Positions 33,469 to 44,590 of a DNA stretch of 54,748 nt are shown here, one piece after another. The translations under genes were made by a program, and so were the position numbers. Positions within the stretch are counted from its first letter, which is position 1. Every line of letters starts with the position of its first letter. The stretch comes from Neovahlkampfia damariscottae (taxonomy: Eukaryota): assembly GCA_016618085.1 (NCBI GenBank), contig JABLTG010000042.1, positions 62,001-116,748 of the forward strand, read 5' to 3'. The notes under the pieces were generated by a model that saw only the letters and a list, made by a program, of their open reading frames with translations, was not told the origin of the DNA and made no database searches.

Positions 33469-35255
33469 TATCCTCAACAACCAGTGTCTTCTGTCACACC
33501 AAATTCCAATTTGGTATAATTTTCAGCAACAGTTGGATGAATACCAATGGTATTATCAAAGTCATCTTTAGTCGCTTTTAATTTCATAGCAATCGCAATT
33601 CCTTGAGTGACTTCACCAGCATTTGGACCAACATAATGAAAACCTACAACTTGTTCATTTTCTTTTAAGCAAACCAATTTAAAGAAAGCTTGATCTAATC
33701 TATGAGGTAAGGCATGCTCTAAAATATTGCAATTCTTTTTATAAATGATTAAATTATCTTCTCCAAATTTTTCAATAGCTTTTTCTTCAGAATAACCACA
33801 TGCTCCATATTCACTTGGAGTGAAAACGGTAGTAGGAACATTAATATAATCCATTTTCTTTGCACCATTTTCTTTATAGAGTCTTTCAGCTAATAATTTT
33901 CCAGCAGCAATAGCAACAGGTGTAAGTTCAAGACCTCCTTCAATAATATCACCAATACCATAAATATGAGGTGCAGATGTTTGTTCATATTCATTTACAA
34001 TAAGTTGACCTTTTTTATTAACTTTTACACCACACTTGTCCAATCCTAAGTTTTGTGTATCAGAATATCTTCCAATTGCCATCATGACAGTGTCAAATAT
34101 TTCCTAGTCAAAAATAAATTCAAAAAATATTTTTACAGTATAAACTTTATCTTCTTTTGTATTTTTATATTCAACTTTTAAACCATTATCAATTTTTTCA
34201 ATTTTAAGAGGAATACAAGGTTGTAAGAATCTTGTTTTATGATTTTTTTCATCTTCTTCTGAAGTACCATTCTTCATGACTTCAACAATTTTTGAAACTG
34301 ATTCTTGATCAAACTCTCTTAAAGGAGTACTTCTCACCATAATTGTTGTATCTAAACCAAGACTTGTCATAAATCCAGCACATTCCAAAGCAATATAACC
34401 AGCACCAATGATCAATGTTTTACCAGGTGATTTTTCCAATGAAAATAAGTCATCGCTTGTAATACATAATTCAGCACCTGGAATATTTAAAAGTGATGGT
34501 CTACCACCAACAGCAACAACAAATCTTCTTGCTGTGACTTTTGATTTTTCACCTTTGTTATCCAATAATTCAAGAGTGTGATCATCCAAAAAGGTTCCAA
34601 GAGCATTGAAATATTTAATTCCATTCTTTCTTAAATCTGATTTATAACCAAAATTTAAAGATTTGATGTGTTGTTGAACCTTTTAAATCATTAAAATTGA
34701 TCAAAAAATACATTTTCTCTCAAGGATTCCCATTCAAATTTGAATTCAGATTTTTCATGTTTCCAACCATAGTATTTGGATTGTTCCAAATAATCACCAT
34801 ATAAACCTCCTGTATGCATCACTAAAATATAATTAATTGAAACAAAACATATTTTACATTTTTTTGGAATACAACCAACCTAATATGTTAATAGATCTAA
34901 AAAATCAAACATTAACGCAGGTACCACCTTTCAGAGAAAAGTTATTTTATAATGATTAGTATTACCTAAATTCCATGAGGTTCCATGGACAGTAGGCTTT
35001 ACAAAATCTAAAACAGCAACAGTATTACCTATTGATTTTCTTTAGTCATTTGGTGGAATTACCTTTATTTTTTTTTGTTGTTGCATTTGGATCTAAGTAT
35101 CTTTGAGCTCTTTTAGCACATGCTAAGCCTCCACTTCCACCACCAATTACTATAATATCAAAATCATATCCATGATTTGTTTCAGGTTTATCTGTGTCCT
35201 TCATGATGTTTTCCAATTTTTGTCGTTTTTTCTTTGGAGATTCTGAAGTTTTCAT
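33468..35255 (-). CDS. TXNRD: High-MW selenocysteine thioredoxin reductase, C-terminus G-C-U-G (6 introns; alternative start 35204)
   Basis: VIGGGSGG, spliced GGTCVNVGCIPKKLMH, GAGYIALEC, ELTPVAI, GIHPT, then GGT TGT TGA GGA TAA with SECIS downstream. Confidence 0.95.
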
Positions 35256-35442
35256 TGGTTCGGAGAGAAGGACCAAAAATATATGAAAAAGATACCAAAT
35301 AAGTAGCAAAAAGAAGAAAGAATTCCTTTTAAAAAAAGATTCATTTTTCAGTTTGAATTTATTTTTTGCTTTCAACTAGGAGTTTGATTGGTCAATATTT
35401 CGCACAGTTTTGTTTCGCCGTTTATTTCATCACCTCAATCGT

Positions 35443-37038
35443 ATGTCAAAAAGTGGACAATTTGATAAAATTCAAAAGAAAGATATTCCTTCTGGTTATA
35501 CATTAATAGAAGAAGGAACAGCCAAAATCTTACATTCTTCAAAAGATGAAGTATTTTATAATCCAGTACAAGTTTTCAATCGTGACTTGTCAACATTAGT
35601 GATAAATAAATACAATGAGCTATATTTAAAAGATCAAAAAGAAGGAATGAAAATTTTAGAAGGATTATCAGCTACAGGTTATATTTTATAAACAATACTT
35701 AATTAAAATTGTTAAGGTCTTAGATCGATTAGATATTGGAAAGAAATAAAAAATGTAAAAGAGATTGTCGCAAATGATCTTTCTGAAGATGCAGTTGAAG
35801 AGATTAAAAGAAATTTACAATTTAACGAAGTTAGTGAAGAATATGTTCGTGCAAATCATGGTGACGCTACTGAATTCATGCATAAGAACAAAAAGTCATT
35901 TGATGTTATTGATCTTGATCCTTATGGTTCAGCATCTTTTCTATTAGAATCAGCACTTCAAAGGTTTGTGGTTTTTTTTAATATAAATTATTTACTATTT
36001 TTAGCATAAAAAATGGAGGGTTAATGTGTGTCACATGTACAGACATGGCAGTTTTAGCAGGTAAAAATATGTCAGCTTGTTTTGCAAAATATGGAAGTGT
36101 ACCATTCAAATCAAAATCTTGTCATGAAATGGCTTTAAGAATTCTTTTGAATACAATTCATCAAATTGCAAGTAGAAATGGAAAATATATTGAACCATTA
36201 ATTTCATGTAGTATTGATTTTTATGTACGTATATTTTTTGTGGTCAAAGAATCTAATGCTGAAGCACTTTTATCAATGACAAAATTATCAAATGTTTATA
36301 AATGTTCTGGATGTGAAGCATTTCATTTTATTCCACTTGGATTAAAAAAAGAAACAAAATTTGGACTTTCTACAGTTAGAATTGATTCAAAATGTGAAGT
36401 TTGTGATTCAAATTTTAAAATGGCAGGACCATTTTACAATCAACCAATTCATAATCAAGATTTTGTTAAACAAGTTATAAAACATGCAGAAGAGAACAAA
36501 GATAAATTTTCAACACATAAACGTATTATTGGTATGATGAGTGTGATTTCAGAAGAAGTTAAAGATCAACCTTTATTTTATGATTTACCTTCTCTATGTC
36601 AAACAATTAGATCAAAAACTCCACCAATTCATCTTATTAGAAGTGCAATTTTAAATTCAAATTATCAAGTTTCTCAATCACATTGTGATCCAAATGCAAT
36701 TAAAACAGATGCTCCAATTACATTTTTATATGATTTATTAAAAAGTTATATCAAAAAAGAAGATTTAAAAATGAAAATTCAAAAAGATTCAGTTGCTGAA
36801 AAGATTTTATCAAAAGAACCAAAATATACAGATATTGATTGGACAATGAAAGATAACACAAAATTAAGTTCAAAAAAAACTGGAGTAGTTAAATTTCAAC
36901 AAAATCCAACTGCAAATTGGGGTCCAAAAGCAAGAGCAAAAAAAAGGTAAAAATATTGATATCTACTAAAAAAGAAGTAGAAAACTTGATGATATTGATG
37001 AAGAAGAAAAAATTGAAGAAAATAAATCAAAAAAATAA
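35443..37038 (+). CDS. TRM1: tRNA (guanine26-N2)-dimethyltransferase (3 introns)
   Basis: VFYNPVQVFNRDLS, LEGLSATGLRSIRY, IDLDPYGS, HEMALRIL, KTDAP, NWGPKARA. Confidence 0.95.
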
Positions 37039-37114
37039 AATTTATATTTCCTTCTCAATTCTAAATTTAAAAATAGAAATTGATTTGATTGGACAACAAA
37101 GTTACAAAAAAACA

Positions 37115-39100
37115 ATGAATGTGAGTAAGTTTGTCACTGAACAAAAGAAATTATTGTTACTTGAAAAAGAAGCAGAAGCTGAAAAATCATCAAATTCTAA
37201 AAAAGTGAAAATAATTGTAGTTACAGAAGTATCAGTTGGTTTATCTGGCAGAACAGAAGGAAAATTTTTATTCAGAGGTTAAAATAAATTATTTATTTAA
37301 ACCATTATCAAGGTGGGTCACAAGATTTAACTTTTAGAACTGGAGAATCCATTCAATTAAAAACACAAGAAACAAAAGAAGAAAAATCAAGTGATCCAAT
37401 CAATGGAGTAGTTTCCATTGTGACAGATAAAGATATTACAATTTCATTAGATGGTGAATTCAATGATGAATGGGAAACAAAAAAATTAATTTTATCAAAA
37501 ATACCAAATGAAGTTACTTATAAAAGAATGTTTACAACTTTGGATTATCTTCAACAAATTGAATCTGAATATTCACATCCAGCAAAAAAAATGATTAATG
37601 TTGCATTTTATGATAAAAAACCAGAAAGAATTGAAATTAAAGATTTGAATTTTCATAATTCAAATTTGAATGATTCACAAAAAGAAGCTATTCAATTTTC
37701 ATTGGAAACAAATGATATTTCTTTAATTTTAGGACCACCTGGTACAGGAAAAACAACAACGTATTTTAAAAAGTTTTTAACACTACTTTAAAGTTTAGTT
37801 GAAATTATTAGACAAGCTGTTGATTTAGGAATGAAAATATTGGTTTGTGGGCCTTCAAATATATCAATTGATAATATTGTTGAAAAATTGTCTGATATGA
37901 AAATGAAAAAAATGGTTAGATTAGGTCATCCAGCAAGTAATTTAATAATATTTAACATTTTAGGAATAATGGATTCAATTATAAAACATTCATTAGATTA
38001 TAATTTATTACATGGTGAAGGAAGTTCAATCGTTTCGAATATTAGAAAAGATATTGAAAAAGAATTCAAAAAATTGAAAAAATCAAAAAAGAGTGAAAAA
38101 TCATCCATTTGGAATGAAATTAAAACTTTAAAAAAAGAATTGAGAAAAAATGAAAAAAAAGCAGTCTTTGATGTTTTAAAGTATTCAAATATTGTGTTAA
38201 CTACATGTACTGGAGCAATGGATTATTCATTGAAAGATACAATTTTTGATTTAATAATTATTGATGAAGCATGTCAATCTTTAGAAACATCTTGTTGGAT
38301 ACCCTTATTAAAAGGTAAGAAATGTATTTTAGCAGGAGATCCATTTCAATTACCACCTACAATTTTGAATACAAAAGTTCAAAAGAAATTAGAAATTACT
38401 TTATTTGAAAGATTATATAAACAACATAAAAATGAAATTTCAAGAATGTTGAATCTTCAATATAGAATGAATGAAGAAATTATGAATTGGTCTTCAAATG
38501 AATTTTATGAAGGAAAATTAATTGCACATGATTCTGTTAAAGATAGATTATTAATAGATTTTGAAGGGTTTGTTCATTGGATGATTAATTTTTGATAGAG
38601 TTGAAGATATTGATGAAACAATAACACCATTATTTATGATTGATACTGGTAGTTGTGGATTAGAAGAAAATGATATTGAAGAAGGTGAATCAAGATTTAA
38701 TTTAGAAGAAGCAAAATTAGTAGTTAAACATGTTGAAAAATTAATTGAATCTGGATTACATGAATCTTGTATTGCTATAATAACACCTTATTCTGCACAA
38801 GTTCATGCATTAAAATCATTATTATTAGAAAAGTATGAATTTATGGAAATTGGAACAGTGGATGGATTTCAAGGTCGTGAAAAAGATGCAATTATTATAT
38901 CAATGGTTAGATCAAATAAAAATGGTGATGTTGGTTTTTTGAGTGATGAAAGAAGAACAAATGTTGCAATTACAAGAGCTAAAAGACATGTCTGTATTAT
39001 TGGTGACACAGACACACTGAGAACCAATCAATTTTTATCAAGAATGTCAAAATATTTTATTGATAATGCTGATGTAAGAAGTGCACAAGATTATGATTAA
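37115..39100 (+). CDS. SF1 helicase, IGHMBP2/SMUBP-2-like (4 introns)
   Basis: LNDSQKEA, GPPGTGKTTT, RLGHPAR, IIDEACQ, LAGDPFQLPPT, QYRMN, TVDGFQGREK, RRTNVAITRAK. Confidence 0.92.
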
Positions 39101-39139
39101 GTTTATTTTTTTGCAATTAAAATTGGTTGATAAAAATCA

Positions 39140-39800
39140 TTAAAATTCCATAAAATTTATCCATAAATTTTCAATGATGATGAATTGATTAACTTCATAA
39201 ATGTTCTGATTTTTTGATTTCTTCCAATCCCATATTTGGAATACAATTTTTCTTGTTTCATTTTCTTCAATGATTTTCATTGGGGTTTTAAAATAATCAT
39301 CATTTAAATTTCTTTCTTTTAATACTTTATCATAATCGAATGGTAAGTAATAATATTCCATTATCTTTTAAAACATCATACATACTTTGTATTGAAAGTG
39401 TTAAATCATTTTCTGTGAATAAATGTGGTATAGAATTATCACATGATATACAAATATCAAATGATTCATTTTTGTATAATTTTTTCATCTCTCTAATGTC
39501 TAAAGCATCTTCAAATTTGATATTTGTAATATTTCTTTTTTCTGCTTCTATTTTTTCTCTTTCTAGAGATGAAGGACTTAAATCTGATGCAGTGATATCA
39601 AAATTATATTTTGATAAACCAATAATTTGAGATCCAATTCCACAGGTACAATCAAGTAATTTCGTTTTTTTTGTTTTGTTTTTGAGAACTTTGGAAAGAC
39701 ATTCTCCATTGTATTTGATAAATTTATCAAAATCTTTTAAGATTAAATGGTAATGAGGTGATAGTTCTTCATAAAAATTGAGAGGTGATAATTCTTTCAA
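39140..39800 (-). pseudogene. Class I SAM-dependent methyltransferase, frameshifted and lacking an ATG
   Basis: LLDCTCGIGSQ, ASDLS, DNSIPHL; frame change at about 39335 (IR|xYDKVLKER) with no GT-AG intron; ORF begins at TTG. Confidence 0.65.
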
Positions 39801-39966
39801 TATTTTGATTGGTTGTTAACACATTCGAATTTAATGGAAAAAATAGACTATTTACCAGTTTTCAATGAACCTTCAAATCTGCAATTGAATCAAAAAAATC
39901 CTTTTTATAATTGACCAATCATCATTATTTTTTTCACCTCAAACTCATGTTTCTGTATCATGCAAA

Positions 39967-40945
39967 ATGTTAAACGTAATCAGAAATCAAGAAGACACAT
40001 TTTATCGTTATAAAATGGACAAACCAAACATCATTCACCAAAAAAAACATGGTGGAACTACTTGTTTCAGTAATTTAACAACAGTTACCAAACAATTAGG
40101 AACAGAACCAAAATGTAAATGATATTTTTAGAAACTAATCCAATTTTAGATTTTTGCAAATATTTAGAATTGACATTACAACGTAAAGCACAAATTAATG
40201 AACAAAATCAACTTATTATCAAATCCAATATTGAAGATTACAAGATTTTAGATATTATTTTTGATTTTGTTGAAAAATTCATTTTATGTCCAAGTTGTAA
40301 ATCACCTGAAGGCAAAATGTATTTTGATAAAGAAAAGTTAAAGATAGCATGTCCTTGTTGTGGTGATACAAACCCACTTCAAGTGAAAGATCAAAAATTC
40401 TATTCATTTCTTCAAAAGAATCCACCGTAGATACCTTTTATTTTTAATTCTTTAGTAAATTTGAATCAAAATATAACATCAAACAAGTTATTCCAGAAGA
40501 AACTGAAGAAAGTGAAAGTGTTAAATTTTTATCAAATCATTTTAATGAAACAATGACAAATGAAGAATTGGAAAATTTAATTTTACAATCCTCAAAAAAA
40601 TTTAAACTTACAGAAAAAGAAATTGTTTGTTTGTTATGTGAAACTTTTCTCAAAACAAACTTTTATTCAAATTTTATGAAAAATAGACTTGAAATACTTC
40701 AAAAATTCATAAAAAATGAAAAATTAGAAAAAGCCTTTTTAGAATATTTAACATTTTTCTGTTTTGAAGATGTTGAAATTCTTGAAAATTTAAGTTCAAT
40801 TTTAAAATTTTTATTTGAAAATAGAGTTTTATCTTTAAAGGTTTTAGACACTTGGAATGAAAAGAAAAAATATCAATTAGTTTCTTCACCAAAAAAAGTT
40901 CAAAAAGTTAAAAAAGCAGCAAAAGAATTTTTTGATGAAAAATAA
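39967..40945 (+). CDS. Divergent eIF5-like protein (eIF5/eIF2beta Zn domain + W2-like C-terminus; 2 introns)
   Basis: DTFYRYKM, FVEKFILCPSCKSPE, CPCCG; aromatic/acidic C-terminal domain. Confidence 0.75.
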
Positions 40946-40977
40946 AATTCTCTTTTTATTTTTCCATCTTTAATTGT

Positions 40978-41604
40978 TTAAAAATAATATTCAACATTCT
41001 TTGCTAACCAGGTCAATCCATCATAAATACTTTTTTTTTTAATTTTATTTTATCAAACCCTTCTCCATTTATTGCACAACAAGGTTGTATATAAAATTTT
41101 TGGTTAATATCATTCAATTCAAACTCAGTTTCAATATCTTTTGATGATAAACAATTCTCTAAATCTTGTTTATTTGCAAGTATCAAAAGACATGCTTCAG
41201 ACAGAAGAGGATCATCCAACATTCTTTTTAATTCTTCCTTGGCCTCTTTCAATCTTTCTCTATCACTTGAGTCCACTACAAATATTATAGCCTTAAAATT
41301 TAAATATTTTAATTAAAACTCACTTTTGAAGATGAATTATTTTTTAGTTTCTCTTACCCTGAGTATTATCGTAATAGTGCTTCCAGAATAATCTGGTTTT
41401 CTCTTGTCCTCCTACATCCATTATAGTGAATGTTAATCCTCCATAAGTTATTCTTTCGGAATTAAATCCAATTGTCGGAATTGTCGATACTGAAGTTCCA
41501 AGTTTTAAATAAAATAAAATTGTAGTTTTGCCAGCAGCATCAAGACCGACCATTAAAATATTGGATTTTCTTTTTCCAAACATGAATTGAAAAAATTGAC
41601 CCAT
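40978..41604 (-). CDS. ADP-ribosylation factor (Arf/Arl) GTPase; contains candidate stwintron 41292-41358
   Basis: MG start, [49 protein letters not shown]. Confidence 0.95.
41292..41358 (-). other. Candidate [D1,2] (or equivalent [A2,3]) spliceosomal twin intron
   Basis: CAG | G [GTAAGAG...CAAAAG, 35 nt, 41357-41323] TGAGT...TTAAG (32 nt reconstituted, donor GTGAGT) | GCT ATA; a single GT-AG intron frameshifts or deletes AIIFV. Confidence 0.8.
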
Positions 41605-41676
41605 AACTTTGATGTTGGTTTGCCTTCAACTGGATTGTAAAAGTAGTAAGAGTTTGATTGGTGGAAAATAAATTTA

Positions 41677-43272
41677 TTATAATTTTTCAGTTAATTCTTC
41701 AATAGAAACACCTTTTGTTTCAGGAACAAAAAAGAATGTTAAAATTATTGAAATAAAAATAATGAATGTGAAAGGTAAGAATGTAAATTCTTTTAACATG
41801 TTTGTAAAAGTTGGGAATGTTAAAGCAATTAAAAATGTTAATGCCCAATTTAGACATGTGATAATTGAAGAAGCAAAACCTCTAACATCATTAGGATATA
41901 ATTCACTGAGCATTACCCACTATTTTTTTTGTGTTAAAAATGAATATTTGTTATTTACTGGAATTGAACCTAATCCAATAGCAAATCCGACAATAAAAAA
42001 TAAAACTGATGCAACTGATAAAATTTTGAAGAATTCAACTGCAAAATCTACATGTGCAATAAATATCATTGAAGTAGATAAAACTGTAAAAGAAAGAAAA
42101 CAAATAATTTCACTTGCAAGTAGCAATACTCTTCTTCCAGCTCTTTCAACAAGATAAACTGATACTAATGTCACTAAAACATTAACTAAACCAATAACTG
42201 CAGTAACAATATTTGCATTTTCAATACCAGCATCTTTGAAGATTTTTGTTGAATAAAAGAATATAGCATTTACACCTGAAAATTGTTGTGCCACATGTAA
42301 TATTACACCAACTAATAATGGTTTAATTAGAGAGACTCTAAATATTCTTTTAAAGAAATTTCCTTCAGTTTTTGTTGATAATGATTTTTCAAGTTGATCA
42401 ATTTCTGGATAAACATTATCAGAATTTCTAAGTCTTTTTAATGCATTTTCTGCAGCATTAGTAAAACCTTTTTGATATAACCATCTTGGACTCATTGGAA
42501 CAAATGGTATTAATATCATTTGAATAATTGAAACTAAAATTGGAACTGTAAATAAAAATCTCCACATGTAAGGTGAAGAAAATGGAATTCCAAGAGATTG
42601 TGATGTTAAAATAGCAATAGTAAGGAATAATTGATGTAAAGTTGAAATAGCTCCTCTGTATTTTGGTGGTGAAATTTCTGCTAAATAAACAGGTACAACA
42701 ACAGATATAAGACCAACACCAAATCCTGCAATAAATCGACCAAGTAAAAAAATATAATAATTTGAAAAGAATCCAGTTAAAAAATTACCAAGAATAAAAA
42801 AAATATTTGAAATAAAAATAGTTGAACGACGTTCAATTAAATCTGAAATTGGTCCACCTAATAAACTTCCTATTAAAGCAGAAACTATGAAAGATGAAAC
42901 AAAAATTGACCATTGAACTTCATTTTGCTGAATACAAGGCTGAAAAAATTCACCTGTTGAACATTGTGACCCATCATTCGGTTTATCAGTGACGTTAAAA
43001 TAATCATATAAATAATTTTCAGTCATTGCAGTAATTGTTTCATTTTTCGTAACTCCAGTGATAGCTTCTTCAGGTGAATTGGTTACACCTAGAGTATCTT
43101 TGAAATTGTTTAAAAAAAAAATAAAAAAAGTACATCCGAATTGAAATGAGCTGAGAACCACAATAAGAGCAGAGAGTAACAATATTAAAGTGAATTTTTG
43201 TGGTTGTGAATCACCTTCAATGTCATTATATTCATCACCCATGAAAGGGCTTGTATCGTCCTCGTTACTCAT
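41677..43272 (-). CDS. MFS sugar porter (GLUT/SLC2-like; 2 introns)
   Basis: SFQFGY, GRFIAG, YLAEISPPKYRG, PMSPRWL, QQFSGVNAIFFYS, ERAGRR, VPETKG. Confidence 0.95.
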
Positions 43273-43434
43273 TGTGAATAGATTCTAATTACTTATTCCA
43301 CCAATGAAAATTGAATTTGTTATTTTCTGTACATTTAGAAGATCCAAAAAGGCATTTTATTGGTTTTCAACTCCGAGGCTGAACAAATCGTTTCTCTAAT
43401 GCATTATTCTCAACACAATTTTTGACCAATCATC

Positions 43435-44587
43435 ATGATGCAGTTTCCAACAAAACTTTTTGTCAAGAAAGTGAAAACTGATGAAATAGTTATAAAAAAT
43501 GGATTTCGATTTATCAAACCATATACACATACATTTAAAATGTACGTAAAACAAAGGTGGATTGGAAAAACATTACAACAAGTTTATGAAGATGAATTTT
43601 CAATGCCAAACCAAATCGCAGTGAGTCATTTTTAAATGTAAAACTTTCAAAGGAAAAATTAATATTTGATGGAAAAATACTAATTAATGATGAAAAAACT
43701 TCAAATGATAAAATTTTAAAAAACAATGAATTAATTTCACTGGAAGACAATGATAGAATAGAATTTCCAATTATCAATTTTGATTATGTTGAAGTACTTT
43801 ATGAGAATGATGATATATTTGTAATTAATAAACCACCTTCAATGCCTATTCATCCATCTGGAAGTTATTATAAAAATGCATTGATCAAAATTTTGAGAGA
43901 TGAATTTGATTTGCCATTTTTGAAACGTAATTGAATCATAAATACTTTTTATATTTTAAAGTTATTCATAGACTAGATAAAGTAACTACAGGTGTTTTGA
44001 TTTTTGCAAAGAATCCATCGAGGGCATTTGAAATTCAAACATTATTCAAAGAGCATAAAGTGACCAAAATGTATCTTGCAAAAGTTCATGGAAAATTTTC
44101 TGAAGAAAAAGAAGTTAAAGTTGATGTACCTCTTCAAAGATTAAACATTAGAAAAGGTATTTGGAGAATTGCATCTCCCAACATTCTTTTAAATGACGGT
44201 TCAAAATTGAATAATGAGAATTTAATTGTCAAATCTGCGAATACAGTTTTTAAATTTGTTTCATATGATAACATAAATGATACATCCATTGTTTTATGTT
44301 TACCTAAAACTGGTCGAACTCATCAATTAAGAGAACATTTGAGATATTTAAATCATTCTATTGTTCATGATGAAGAAATTCAAAAATTAAAAGAATATAA
44401 ACCAAGACATTGGGGAGAAGAAAGAAATTTTTTGAATGAAAAATATACTGATATAACAAAAATGTTCATATATTTGCATGCAATTCAATATGAATTTGAG
44501 AATTTCAAATTTAAATGTTATCCAAATTGGATATCGAACAAAGATGAAATGGAGATTATTGAAAGGTTAATAAATGAAGAGAAATGA
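43435..44587 (+). CDS. RluA-family pseudouridine synthase (2 introns)
   Basis: INKPPSMPIHPSG, HRLDKVTTG, TGRTHQLR, LHA. Confidence 0.93.
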
Positions 44588-44590
44588 TAT

